Below are positions 1-11,849 of a DNA stretch of 64,000 bases, in pieces (position 1 is the stretch's first letter; each line of letters begins with the position of its first letter). Both the position numbers and the translations under genes were made by a program. The stretch covers positions 169,260,001 to 169,324,000 of the forward strand of contig OX597817.1 in NCBI GenBank assembly GCA_951406725.2. The letters run 5' to 3'. The notes beneath the pieces were generated by a model. That model saw nothing but the letters and a program-made list of their open reading frames with translations, was not told the DNA's origin and did not search any database. The DNA comes from Octopus vulgaris. Its lineage: Eukaryota.

Positions 1-102
1 AAGTGCCTTGCTCGAGAACACAACACTCAGCCCGGTCCGGGATTCGAGCTCACCACCTCACGATCGTAAGCTCGACGCTCTAACCACTGAGCCATGCGCC
101 TT

Positions 103-103
<1 letters not shown>
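1..103 (-). mobile_element. tRNA-derived SINE head (family D), cut by the window edge
   Basis: Minus strand reads GAAGGCGCATGGCTCAGTGGTTAGAGCG...GCTCGAATCCCGG (A/B boxes); near-identical to 43664-43770. Confidence 0.8.
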
Positions 104-139
<36 letters not shown>

Positions 140-406
140 TTAAAGTATGATTTCATCAGCTGTCTTGACAACTGCACAGTGCCACCCCTTTACTTCAACA
201 CCCACTGTCAGCCAGTCTCTCGGTAATGCTTTCAGAATCTTCTACCTTTTAGAATAGCTTTATTCCATTCAAATCTTTAATTAGTCCACTGTTTTCCTTT
301 TTAAATGATCAGAACATTTTCCTCGTTTCAAATGTCTTTATTATTGGAGAGTAAATGAGATGAATGTTTGTGAGTTTTTTTTTTATTTTAATATTTTTTT
401 GGTTGT

Positions 407-445
<39 letters not shown>

Positions 446-860
446 GGCGCAGGAGTGGCTGTGTGGTAAGTAGCTTGCTAACCAACCACATGGTTCCGGG
501 TTCAGTCCCACTGCGTGGCATCTTGGGCAAGTGTCTTCTGCTATAGCCCCGGGCCGACCAATGCCTTGTGAGTGGATTTGGTAGACGGAAACTGAAAGAA
601 GCCTGTCGTATATATGTATATATGTATGTATGTGTGTGTGTGTGTTTGTGTGTCTGTGTCTGTTCCCCTAGCATTGCTTGACAACCGATGCTGGTGTGTT
701 TACGTCCCCGTCACTTAGCGGTTCGGCAAGAGAGACCGATAGAATAAGTACTGGGCTTACAAAGAATAAGTCCCGGGGTCGATTTGCTCGACTAAAGGCG
801 GTGCTCCAGCATGGCCACAGTCGAATGACTGAAACAAGTAAAAGAGTAAAGAGTAAGAGT
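446..860 (+). mobile_element. tRNA-derived SINE family A, full length (~420 bp)
   Basis: GGCGCAGGAGTGGCTGTGTGGTAAG A-box, GGTTCAGTCCC B-box, internal (TA)/(TG) tract, 3' AAGTAAAAGAG tail; more than 10 copies in the window. Confidence 0.9.
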
Positions 861-1069
861 ATGTATATATATTTCTACTGATGTGAAACTCTATCTTGGC
901 AACAGTAAGCAGTTTGGGATTTGATGCCACTGATAGTTTGTTCACTGTGAATAGATATGATTTTTCAGTGGTTATGATTAGCTTTATTACAGAGAACTAA
1001 CCTATGAGATGTGTGGCATAAAATAGAAATTTCTGGTTGCATGTTGTATGATTGAGATTTATAGTTGAG

Positions 1070-1430
1070 TTAGTTAGTTAGTTAGTTAATTTGGCTCAAA
1101 AAGCAAAAAGCAAGGCCATGTAGGGGGACATGGAGTTAAGTACAGGGTGGTGTTCATGTAAAGAGTTCAGGCCACTTGAGGTCAAGGGAAGCTTTGAACC
1201 GAGCGGTCGTCGGCATCTTCACCATCTCGTCTGGCAGCTTGTTCCACGGATCCGCAACCTGGACAGAGAAAGCTCCTCTCCTTTGATTGAGATGAAATCA
1301 TCGCAGGTAGAGCTTTTCGGAATGACCCCGCAGCCGACGCTCTGGAGCAGGAGTGAAGAACAGCTCTTTCGAGAGGTTACACTTTCCGCTTATGATGTTA
1401 AGTACAATGAAGGAGGGCGGTGTTGATTGA
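1070..1430 (-). mobile_element. CR1-group LINE 3' end with (TAAC)n tail
   Basis: Minus frame ...RRLRGHSEKLYLR*FHLNQRRGAFSVQVADPWNKLPDEMV...RFKASLD matches the CR1 ORF2 C-terminal pattern; tail at 1070-1088. Confidence 0.8.
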
Positions 1431-1439
1431 TGGACCAAA

Positions 1440-2525
1440 AAGGTTTGTAGTTGAGTGATGGAGTGGAGAGGCTTAAGCTGAGTGGTGTACAGTGGAGGGT
1501 TTAATTGAATGATGTACCATGGAGGTTTATAGTTGAGTAATGTACAGAATGTACAATGGATATTTGTAATTGAGTATTACAGAGGAGTGAAGACATGTGG
1601 CTTAGTGGTTAGGGTGTTGCACTCATGATTACTAGATCAAAGGCTCAATTCTTGAACTGGGTGGTTCGTTGTATTCTTGAGCAAAACACTCAATTTCACA
1701 TTGCACTGGGGGTGGCAGAGTGACAGAATCATTGGTGCATTGGCTGAAATGCTTTATGGTATATCTTTCAGCTCTCTATATTCTGAGATCAAATCCCAGC
1801 CACCTAGTGATGGCAATGGGAAACCACTTCAGTATTCATCCCAAATCTAGACATAGATGGTTGTAGTTACAGTAGTTTACTTAATGGCAGCAGGGGAAAG
1901 TGTGGGAGAAGGTTCACATGCACAGGACCTGCCCAAGGGCAGATCAACACTAGATTATAGAGTAGGCCAGGCATGGTCAGCCTTTTTTTGAGAGGTGGGT
2001 TGCATAAGAGATGGCTCATTATCAGGTAATTTTTCATTGGCTATTCAGAAAGTCCAGCAGATCACATGCAGCTCACAAGCTGTAGTTTGCCCACAACTGG
2101 AGAGTGGAGGCTTGCAGTTAAGTGGTGTAGAGTACAAAGTTTGCAAGTGAGTGATTTTAGAGTAGAGGTGTAGTAGATGTGTGGTATACAGTGATAATTT
2201 GTAGTTGAGTGAGGTTAAGTGACGGGGTAGTCAATAATGGCGAGTGAGGATTTGAATTGAGTGACATTACACAATAGAGGGTTGCAATTGAATGAGGTAA
2301 AGTGGAGGCTTGGAGTTCAGTAGTAGGAGTTATAGGTGAGTGAAGAACAGTGGATTTTGTCACTGAGAGATGGTCATTGGAGGTTTGTAGTTGAGTAGTG
2401 TTCAGCAGAGGTCACTGAATAGATTTCCTGGAAGCTTAGATTTGAGTGACATGCAGTAGAAATTTATATCTTCATGTGATTATGGTTTTTAGTTCAGTTA
2501 TGTACAGTAGAAGTTTGCAGTTTGT
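1440..2525. repeat. Degenerate ~28-bp minisatellite (GGAGGTTTGTAGTTGAGTGATGTACAGT-like), interrupted at about 1585-2100 by an old SINE head and a MITE relic
   Basis: Recurrent GGAGG..TAGTTGAGT..TGTACAG units at 1440-1580 and 2100-2520. Confidence 0.6.
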
Positions 2526-3979
2526 ATTTATGTGAGTGTTTTCCTTTATCTTATAGTCTGGTGGAAAAGTAGTGCCTTTGACTCTTTACAGGGCCTCCAT
2601 GACTGGTGATAAGGAAGGAGGAAGATATCCTCAAACCAGTGACCTGTTCTGAATGCTTACAATAGAAGGTACTGAAAGAGTCAATCAGATAGTGATGTCA
2701 AACTGGGCAGAAGATTAAGGCTACCACTGAAGATTGTATATGCAGAAATCTGAGGATGAGTTAAGATAGAGTGATAATATCACTGTCCAAGAAAGATCAT
2801 GGCCCTCATTATGAAGGCAACATCAGATCAATTTGCTACATAGCAACCTCAACCAGTCTAATGCAGCATTCAATTGTAGATGTTAAAATGATACTTTTAA
2901 AAAAGATAATTATTCAGTCCAAGGTATAAAATGAAGGTAAAGATTTTTGAATCCGTAAAACAAATGACTTAATTATTTGCTATATATTTTTTTAGGAAAA
3001 CAGCCAGTCACTTGATCACTGTTAATCAGAAGAACATGTAGGACATAAACTTCATAGTCAGCAAAAAGAAGGGCCGGAAACTGCTTGTGAATTTTAAGTC
3101 CTTCCTCAGTGAAAAGTGCCACTCAAAAATAAACTAGTGATTAGTGACTTTGGGGTAAGTGTTAGCTGAACTCAGAGACAAGACAATCTAGAGAAGGAAG
3201 ATATGGAAGGCATAGAAGCTGAAAGATCCCCCCTGTTACGTATAGTTTCAAAGAAGTACTAGGTGAAGCACATGACGAGATGTGGGGGGAGAAGAACTGG
3301 AAGTTTGTATAAGGCAACTTGCTGTGAGCCATAAAACTAAATCTGCAGATTAAGTCAGATTCCAGTCAAGCAGAAGCCAACAAAGTAATGTAATGGAATT
3401 GTAGAAAGAGCCATTAACAAGTAAGATACTTGCAAGGAAAGAATGGAAGAAAGAAGAGATAGCCATTACTAGTAATAACTATACCTCAGAATTACCTCAT
3501 TGGTCATGGTATTGCTTCTGTTCTGTGCAGAGGCAGCACCAGGTTGGAGGAACAATTCAGATAGTTAGAAGAGAAACTAAACAATAGGTATTCTTAGTAT
3601 AGCAATATTGCAATACCTAATGATATCAGAGCATTTGCTTTGTTGATACTAAAAGGAAAGGAATATGAAAATGTTATAAAGAATAGTTGGTGAATGAAGA
3701 AGTTGTATGAAATAAGTGAGAGTTAACTTAAAGCAGTCTCAACAGAGGGATTAGCTATTAAAAGTCAACGACTATACAATCAAAACAGCAAGACTGTGAT
3801 GATGGATATACCTGACAAACTAAGATATGATTGGTCATCCATACATCCTGTCAGGTAATGCAGGGAAGTGTCACTTCCAAGGACTGGCATAGCACTGCCA
3901 TCATCAACAGCTATTAGAGCAAAGGGGATGATGCTTCAGAAGGAAGCAAATACAGAAGTATGAAATTGATGGACCAACT

Positions 3980-4414
3980 TGTAACAAGATGAGAGGTCCT
4001 CGCACTGGACAGGTACAGCTCGCATCCTTTACATTAAAATTATTAATCGAAAGAAAGAGTCAAGACTTCTGATTAACTTCACCAGTATAATATTTATTTC
4101 TTGATTCGCAATGTATACATTCTTCTTTCCGGGCGAATCAGCAGCCTAGGAGCTTATCGCAGTAGTCAAGTGGGGTGAGCCAAATCCTGTCTGTTCAAGC
4201 ATAGTGGGGATGCGCCACGAGGTAGCAGCTTGAGAGAGCTGATAAAACACAATTGTCTAGTTCAGCTGCCGGCGTTTAAGACAGCGATAGATATGAGGGA
4301 ATTTCACTGCTGCTAGTTTTCTGCGTATGCACATGAGGGAACTTCCGGCAGGCCTCCCGGAAGAATCCAACTCTATGCATGCATGCTGGAGATTTTCAAA
4401 ATGGCGTCACTACA
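3980..4414 (-). mobile_element. Solo LTR (435 bp), Gypsy-like
   Basis: TGTAAC...ACTACA termini; 4-bp TSD AACT (3976-3979 / 4415-4418); AATAAA on the minus strand near 4095-4100; removing it rejoins the RTE frame (DQL|MNV). Confidence 0.8.
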
Positions 4415-5015
4415 AACTTATGAATGTACAAAAAAAACATCGCAACTAATTAGGAAGAAAATTACATTAAGTTTAATGCAGTTTGGGTTTGTACCAAGAG
4501 AGATACCAATAAAGCTCTATTCTTAAGTAGGGATGCTAAAGAAGTTCTTAGCTAAGAACTGCACCTAGGTTCATTGACCCAAAGAAAGTTTTTGATAGGG
4601 AACAACATTTTGTAGTCTGGTGGTTGTTAAGAAAACTGGATGTAGATGAATGGTTTGTGAGAAGCATGAAATCTATGTACAGAGATATCGTTAGCAATGC
4701 AATAGTCATCAACAAATTCATTTAAGAATCTAGTGATCAGATAGATATCCACTGGTGATTAGATGTCATCCCAATTACAATGTATCATAGATTTTAGATC
4801 ATAATAGAGAAGTTTAAGACCGACTCTGTGGGAACGTTTGTATCTTAATGATCCATCATATTTGATCGAATAAAAGACCCATGTACATTAAATGCATCCT
4901 GTTTTCAGCAGTGTATATTTAGGAGAAAATCTTTTAGTATATTAAAGCATATATGTAGGACCCAAGATGCATGTCGGATCCTGGATGAATTTTTTGAGAT
5001 ATTCTTTTGGACAAT

Positions 5016-6248
5016 TTAAGTGTGTCAAGTATGAAATTTGTAGAAAAGAAAAAAAAGTTTGCTAATGTTTTATAAATACAAGGAATAGATTTATTCATCA
5101 AAGTATGCACCCATATTGTCAATACGCTTTTGCCATTTCAGCAATAGCTTGTCCAGCCTGGAACTGTAAAAGCCTGGCAATCTAGAGTCAATAAAATTTT
5201 GGAAGGCCTGTTTTACAGCATTGTCGGAATTAAATTTTTTCCAATCAAAAAGTTATCCAAATTCTGGAAGAAGTGGTAGTCAGTGGGGGCAAGATCAGGT
5301 GAGTATGGTGGATGATGGAGAACTTCCAACTCCAACTCCTGTAGTTTCGCCAATCTCATTTTTGCAATGCGTGGTCTGGCATTGTCTTGCAATAAAATAG
5401 GAATGGATCAGTTGACTAATCTCGGCTGTTTTTTGTAAGTTTCTACATCATTTAGTCCAGTTGGTTGTGCAGTATACTTCAACTGTGATTGATGAGCCAG
5501 GTTTAATGAAATCATAATGGATCACACGTGCGCCAGACCACCAAACACACATCACCAGCTTCTTTTGATGAATTTTGCTTTTGGACTGTGTTTTGGTGGC
5601 TCGACTTTGTCCAACCATTGTGCTGAATGTTTACAGTTGTATTGGTTCCGATTCTCATCACATGTTACAATTCGATTAAAAAATGATTAATTTTTGTGAC
5701 GAGAAAGTAGCATTATGAAGGCTTCCAAACGTTGCTGTTTCTGATTTTCATTGAGTTCATGTGGAACCCACTCATCCAACTTTTTCACTTTACTGAACCA
5801 GGTGAGTCAATATTGTTTGCTTGCTAACACCAAACAACAACAATAATTCACGGGCATTTTGAGATGGATCTGACTTGACGATGGCTTTCAGTTCATCATC
5901 ATCCACCTTTGTTTCTGGTCATCTGCGTTGCTCATTTGTGAGGTCAAAGTTACCAGAATGAAATTTTGAAAATCAATTTGATACTGCCTGCTGTGTAATA
6001 GCACTAGAATGAAATACTCCATTAATATTCTGACCTGTCTGTGATGCTGTATTTCTAAGAAAGAACTCATTTAAAAACTATAAGAATTTCTGACTTATCC
6101 ATCTCTAAACAAAAACAGCAAAAAACGATTTATAAATACTTTATAAAGCGCAAAATAAAGATTGTCAAAATATAATAATGGTGCAAAATGAGCAACCATC
6201 AAAGTTTACCACATACCTTACTACAAATTTCTTACTTGATGACCTAAT
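5016..6248 (-). mobile_element. Full-length decayed mariner (DD34D) transposon
   Basis: Imperfect ~30-bp TIRs (5016-5048 / 6217-6248, core TCAAGTA.GAAATTTGTAG); ~1.23 kb length. Confidence 0.85.
5091..6102 (-). pseudogene. Mariner transposase pseudogene
   Basis: Starts MDKSEI; contains LLQDNARP, HHPPYSPDLAPTDYHFF and KWQKRIDNMGAYFDE*; has stops and frameshifts. Confidence 0.9.
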
Positions 6249-6724
6249 ATGTCATCAAATATGGTAGTTCTGATAACTGAATCTGTCAAAAGATTTGAGA
6301 AGAAATTCCAAACTGGAAGTGAAGTCTAGAATTGAAAGGTCTTAAAGCAATCCTAGCAAAGACAATATTTTTAGTATCTAAAGATTAAGAAGTTTAAAAG
6401 CTAGTTTAGCAAAGACAAAAGTTTTTGTTAGCAGGAAAGAATAGAGAACTCTATTTTCACTTGGGGAGAGGCCATGCTGAATATACAGAAAATGATTGGA
6501 TAGGATTCCCATACAGTGTACATTATAGATGACCACAAAATGTAGTAGGTACAAAGGTGAGTTGATAATGAAGGACTTATTATATATCAGTGAATAGGAA
6601 TAGTTAACAAGGGCATTCATGAAATGAATTACTTTTCTTTTACTCAGATGACAACATTGGCATAGACACCAGAGGAAGACTGGGATTTAAAAAATTCAGT
6701 GAATTATTATATCATATATTATAT

Positions 6725-7349
6725 GTCAGCAGTGATTTGCGTTGGACAAAGCATATCTCTAAAATTGTCAAGAAGGCCGAGGGTGTCTTGGCATCACTCA
6801 GCAAGACTTTTGTTAGCCGCTCTCCAGCCATCTATTTAAAACTGTATACAGCTATGATACGACCACACTTGGAATTCGCATCATCAGTTTGGAACCCCTA
6901 TCTTGCTCAGAACATTGACCTCCTGGAATCTGTCCAGAGACGTGCAACCAAACGCATACCCTCCATCAGACACCTACCATATTCTGAGCGCCTCGTTTCC
7001 CTGGGCATGGATTCACTGAAGCTCCGGCGTCTGGCAACGGACTTGGTAAACACCCACAAAGTTATCAACCACCTCACCAACAATAACACTGAACACCTTT
7101 TTGATCTCCATGTGTCTAACACACGTGGACATGCCTACAAAGTCAGAAAACAACACAGCTCTCATGACTTTCGGAAACATTTTTTCACGCTCAGAGTTGC
7201 TGAAGCATGGAATAAACTGCCTGCGTCAGTTGTTGACTGCCATGACACTGCATCCTTTAAGGCCCTCATGCTTTCCAAGATCCGCCGAAACTACACCTGA
7301 TTATATATACACTTTAGATGAGTTGTAGTGCACCTGAGCACTGTACACA

Positions 7350-7398
<49 letters not shown>
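6725..7398 (+). mobile_element. 5'-truncated CR1-group LINE with an intact ORF2 C-terminus (ORF 6737-7300) and (ATT)n tail
   Basis: LYTAMIRPHLEFASSVWNP, LESVQRRATK, YSERL, TRGHAYK, FFTLRVAEAWNKLP; (ATT)n at 7350-7398. Confidence 0.92.
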
Positions 7399-7401
<3 letters not shown>

Positions 7402-7833
7402 CTGTTGGTAACAAAGGGATTTTCATCTCAAAGTTATGAGTAGACAATATGATGTCTGAGTAAGCATGATATTGTGTGGTAGTGTAAGATAGGTACTGAA
7501 TGTGACAGATGTGCAAAGCAAGAAAGAAATGAGACAATGGCTTGCTCCACAGGGTATGTAATGTCAGTGTGAATGAATGACAAAGTACAAATGAGCTGAG
7601 GGAAGAAAGTCTGTGCAACATACACAGAAACAAGACAAGACAAAAAAAGAAATGCCCCTCTCTTAGCTATATTGTGTAAGAGAAGAGACTGTACTGGTGT
7701 GGACATGTGATGAGTCTGGAAGAAGATATTTGGGAAAGGAGTGCCAAGTGATCTAAAAGGAAGAAACCATTTGAAAAGGAAGACTGAGGAGGACATGGGG
7801 AGGGGTGATGGGGGTTCATGACAGCAGGCTAAA

Positions 7834-8147
7834 CATCATCATCATCATCATCATCGTTTAACGCCCGTTCTCCATGCTAGCATGGGTTGGACGGTTTGAC
7901 CGGGGATCTGGGAAGCCAGGAGGCTGCATCAGGCTCCGGTCTTATCTGGTAATGTTTCTACAGCTGGATGCCCTTCCTAACACCAACCACTCCATGAGTG
8001 TAGTGGGTGCTTTTTACGTGCCACCTGCACAGGTGCCAGGCGAGGCTGGCATCGGCCACGGTCGGATTGGTGCATTTTACGTGCCACCTGCACGGAAGCC
8101 AGTCGAGGCAGCACTGGCATCGGCCACGGTCGGATTGGTGCATTTTA
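7834..8147 (-). mobile_element. SINE-like family G with (GAT)n tail and internal ~60-bp repeats
   Basis: Homologous to 41734-42177 and 19610-19770; tail-only fragments at ~8810-8871 and ~11145-11188. Confidence 0.75.
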
Positions 8148-8259
8148 TGAAATACATAACAAAAAATAATAGCAATTACTGAGGTACTGCGATGAAGAAG
8201 ACCTGTACAAACATGGAAAAAGTATAAAAAGGATAATGATGATAATGATAATGATAACA

Positions 8260-8742
8260 GGCGCAGGAGTGGCTGTGTGGTAAGTAGCTTGCTTACCAAC
8301 CACATGGTCCTGGGTTCAGTCCCACTGCATGGCACCTTGGGCAAGTGTCTTCTACTATAGCCTTGGGCCGACCAAAGCCTTGTGAGTGGATTTGGTTGAC
8401 GGAAACTGAAAGAAGCCCGTCAAATATATATGTATATGTATATATATATATGTGTGTGTGTTTGTGTATCTGTGTTTGTCCCCCCCCCACCACCACCAAC
8501 ATCGCTTGATAACTGATGCTGGTGTGTTTATGTCCCCATAACTTAGTGGTTCGGCAAAAGAGACTGATAGAATAAGTACTAGGCTTACAAAAAATAAGTC
8601 CTGTGCTCGATTTCCTTGACTAAAGGTGGTGCTCCAGCATGGCCACAGTCAAATGACTGAAACAAGTAGTCGATTTCCTCGACTAAAGTCGCTGCTCCAG
8701 CATGACCGCAGTCAAATGACTGAAACAAGTAAAAGTGTAAAA
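8260..8742 (+). mobile_element. SINE family A with a duplicated 3' end
   Basis: Matches 446-860; the last ~65 bp are tandemly repeated (8607-8667 / 8669-8732). Confidence 0.85.
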
Positions 8743-8874
8743 GACATGGTGATGATGATTATGATGACAGTGGTGGTGGTGATGTCAGGTGGAAATGATA
8801 ACATAATATATCATCATCATCATCATCATCATTGTTGTTTAACATCCGCTTTCCATGCTGGCATGGGTTGGATT

Positions 8875-9100
8875 ATACATATATATGTATATGTTTGTGT
8901 GCCTGTGTTTGTCCCACCCCACCATCGCTTGACAACTGATGTTGGTGTGCTTACATCCCCTATAATCTAGCGGTTCAGCAAAAGAGACTGATAAATTAAG
9001 TAATAGACTTATAAAAACTAAATCCTGGGGGTCCTTTAGTTCAACTAAAGGTGGTGCTCCAGCATGGCTGCAGTCAAATGACTGAAACAAGTAGAAGAAA
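8875..9100 (+). mobile_element. SINE family A, 3' half
   Basis: Homologous to the 3' half of 446-860. Confidence 0.8.
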
Positions 9101-9148
9101 AAAATAAAAGAATATATGTATAGGTGCATATAAAAGAATATATGTATA

Positions 9149-9570
9149 GGCGCAGGAGTGGCTGTGTGGTAAGTAGCTTGCTAACCAACCACATGGTTCC
9201 GAGTTCAGTCCCACTGCGTGGCATCTTGGGCAAGTGTCTTCTACTATAGCCCCGGGCCGACCAATGCCTTGTGAGTGGATTTGGTAGACGGAAACTGAAA
9301 GAAGCCTGTCGTATATATGTATATATATATATATAAGTGTGTGTGTATATGTTTGTGTGTCTGCGTTTGTTCCCCTAGCATTGCTTGACAACCGATGCTG
9401 GTGTGTTTACGTCCCCGTCACTTAGTGGTTCGGCAAAAAGAGACCGATAGAATAAGTACTGGGCTTACAAAGAATAAGTCCCGGGGTCGATTTGCTCGAC
9501 TAAAGGCGGTGCTCCAACATGGCCGCAGTCAAATGACTGAAACAAGTAAAAGAGTAAAGAGTAAAAGAGT
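9149..9570 (+). mobile_element. SINE family A, full length, young
   Basis: Near-identical to 446-860. Confidence 0.9.
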
Positions 9571-9944
9571 ATACATAAGCTGGATAAATTAATATCTTTT
9601 TTATTTATTTTTTTAACTGATGTCGTTTCAAGTTACCCTTTGATGAAGACAACCTGTTTGCAGAAACACAATTGTGTCCCTGCACAATATATTTCATGTT
9701 AATATATGTGCTTCAAATTTTGTTTCTTTTTAAATGCAGTCTACATATAATATTAAGTCATATGACACTCAACTCACTTTTATTTTATGTTCTTGTGGAT
9801 TACTTATTTGAAAATGTACACCGTCATTACTGCTATGTATATCAAAGCTGCAGACACGTGCGTGCACACACACACACACACACATACACACACACACAAC
9901 ATACACATGGAGACACAGACACCAGACACAATATATAATCTAAG

Positions 9945-9966
9945 CATTTGTATGTATATGTAAGTG

Positions 9967-10024
<58 letters not shown>

Positions 10025-10635
10025 TGTATGTGTGTGTGTGTATGTATGTATGTATGTATGTATAAATACACTAACACATACAATCCTACATACATGTATA
10101 TACATAAATATACCTATAGACATATACACACATGCATATGTACATACATATATGTGTGCGCGTGTGTGTAAGCATTTATGTATGTATGTATGTATGTATG
10201 TGTGTGTGTATGTATGTATGTATGTGTGTGTGTATGTATGAATGTGTGTGTGTATGTATGTATGTATGTATGTGTGTATGTATGTATGTGTATATGTATG
10301 TATGTATGTCTGTGTGTATGTATGTATGTGTGTGTGTATGTATGTATGTATGTATGTATGTATGTTTGTATGTATGTATGTTTGTATGTATGTATGTATG
10401 TATGTGTATATGTATGTATGTATGTCTGTGTGTATGTATGTATGTATGTATGTCTGTGTGTATGTATGTATGTATGTATGTTTGTATGTATGTATGTTTG
10501 TATGTATGTATGTATGTATGTATGTGTGTATGTATGTGTATGTGTATATCTATATCTATATCTATATATATATATGTGTGTGTCTGTGTGTGTGTGTTTG
10601 TGTGTGTATGTGTATATCTATATATGTGTGTGTAA
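9945..10635. repeat. Compound (TA)n/(TATG)n/(TG)n microsatellite
   Basis: Directly visible. Confidence 0.95.
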
Positions 10636-10933
10636 AACTGTGAATATGCATGCGAGAGTGTGTTTGTGTGTCTGGGAGGATGCCGACATTGTGTGAGCAG
10701 TTAGAGAATCTATTCTCAAAATGGAAGCTGGGTGGTGCGGTAATGTGTTGATGGAGGATAGCGTGGGAGGAAAACTGTTATGTGAGAGTGTCAGAAGAAG
10801 TGGGGGGTGGGGGGTTGCCGGGGATAAATGCAAACACAGAAGCAGCAGCAGCAGCTGGTATTCTGCGTGGGAGAGGAATAGACTTGTGTGAATAGATAGA
10901 CGTATAGATTGATAGATAGATAGATAGATATAG

Positions 10934-11137
10934 ACGTTATATAATTAGGGTTCAGCAAAAAAATTTACTTTACCACACACCGAACTTTTAGAAATAGCAG
11001 CCAAAAGAATTTAGCTATTTCCTCTACTATAAGAATAGTCTCCCAGAGAGGAAATAGCTAAATTCTTTGGCTGCTATTTCTAAAAGTTCGGTGTGTGGTA
11101 AAGTAAATTTTTTTGCTGAACCCTAATTATATAACGT
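10934..11137. mobile_element. Near-perfect palindromic MITE (~90-bp arms, ~20-bp spacer)
   Basis: ACGTTATATAATTAGGGTTCAGC...GCTATTTCCTCT mirrored by AGAGGAAATAGC...GCTGAACCCTAATTATATAACGT. Confidence 0.85.
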
Positions 11138-11849
11138 AATTATATCATCATCATCATCGTTTAGCGTCCGTTTTCCATGCTAGCATGGATATATCTATCT
11201 TTCTATCTCACTGTCTGTCTATTAGTCTGTGTGGCTGTCTTGCTTTCTCTCTCTCTCTCTCTCTCTCCCTCTGTATATATATAGTTTTATATATATCTAT
11301 GTATGTATATATATATAGATATAAAAACAGATAAATAATAGATAAATACAAATTGAGACGGGTATTATTTTCAATCCTTAGCATAGAATCATCATCGTGC
11401 ATTATCTGTGTCCCTGTCTCCATCCCCATTCCCACCACCACCACCACCACCACCACTCCTGCCACTACCAACACTACCTCTCCAGTGTGCACTATACGGC
11501 TTCTATCGATCACCGAATGCCTCTGTTACCGCCACTTCTCCAATCACTCTAGTTCGATTTCATCACGCGCCTCTAGTAGCAAATTTTTTCACTGGCACCA
11601 CTTTGGTCGTCTACTGCATCCGACACAGCTAAACAAACACTGTAGTACTGTTACTACACCATGCCCGACTTCTATTACACCACCACTTCAGTACTACAGC
11701 GCAAATGCTTCATCGCCAATAGACTTCAGGTATACTGATACACTACCACCAATACCATAATCATCATTATACCACCACTCAACATTGCTGAACTGCTACC
11801 ATATCTCTTCTATTACAGTACTACTCTTCTAGTTCACAACAACAACATC

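Larger units (their letters stand above)
2640..7830 (+). pseudogene. Heavily decayed RTE-clade LINE, split by nested insertions
   Basis: Ordered RT motifs: YRSMKLMDQL (~3950), MQFGFVP (~4476), FIDPKKVFDR (~4570), WERLYLND (~4830), LELKGLK (~6325), a Cys-rich insert (~6470), RLYWCGHVM (~7685), GRLRRTW (~7778). Many stops and frameshifts. Confidence 0.8.

Noticed and set aside
309-945. Recurrent ORFs such as MWLVSKLLTTQPLLR suggesting a gene family
   Set aside because: Chance frames through SINE family A copies.
11208-11760. ORFs 11353-11760 (+) and 11208-11513 (-) as a host gene
   Set aside because: Low-complexity ACC/ACT sequence at the satellite edge; no recognisable domain or clear splice signals.
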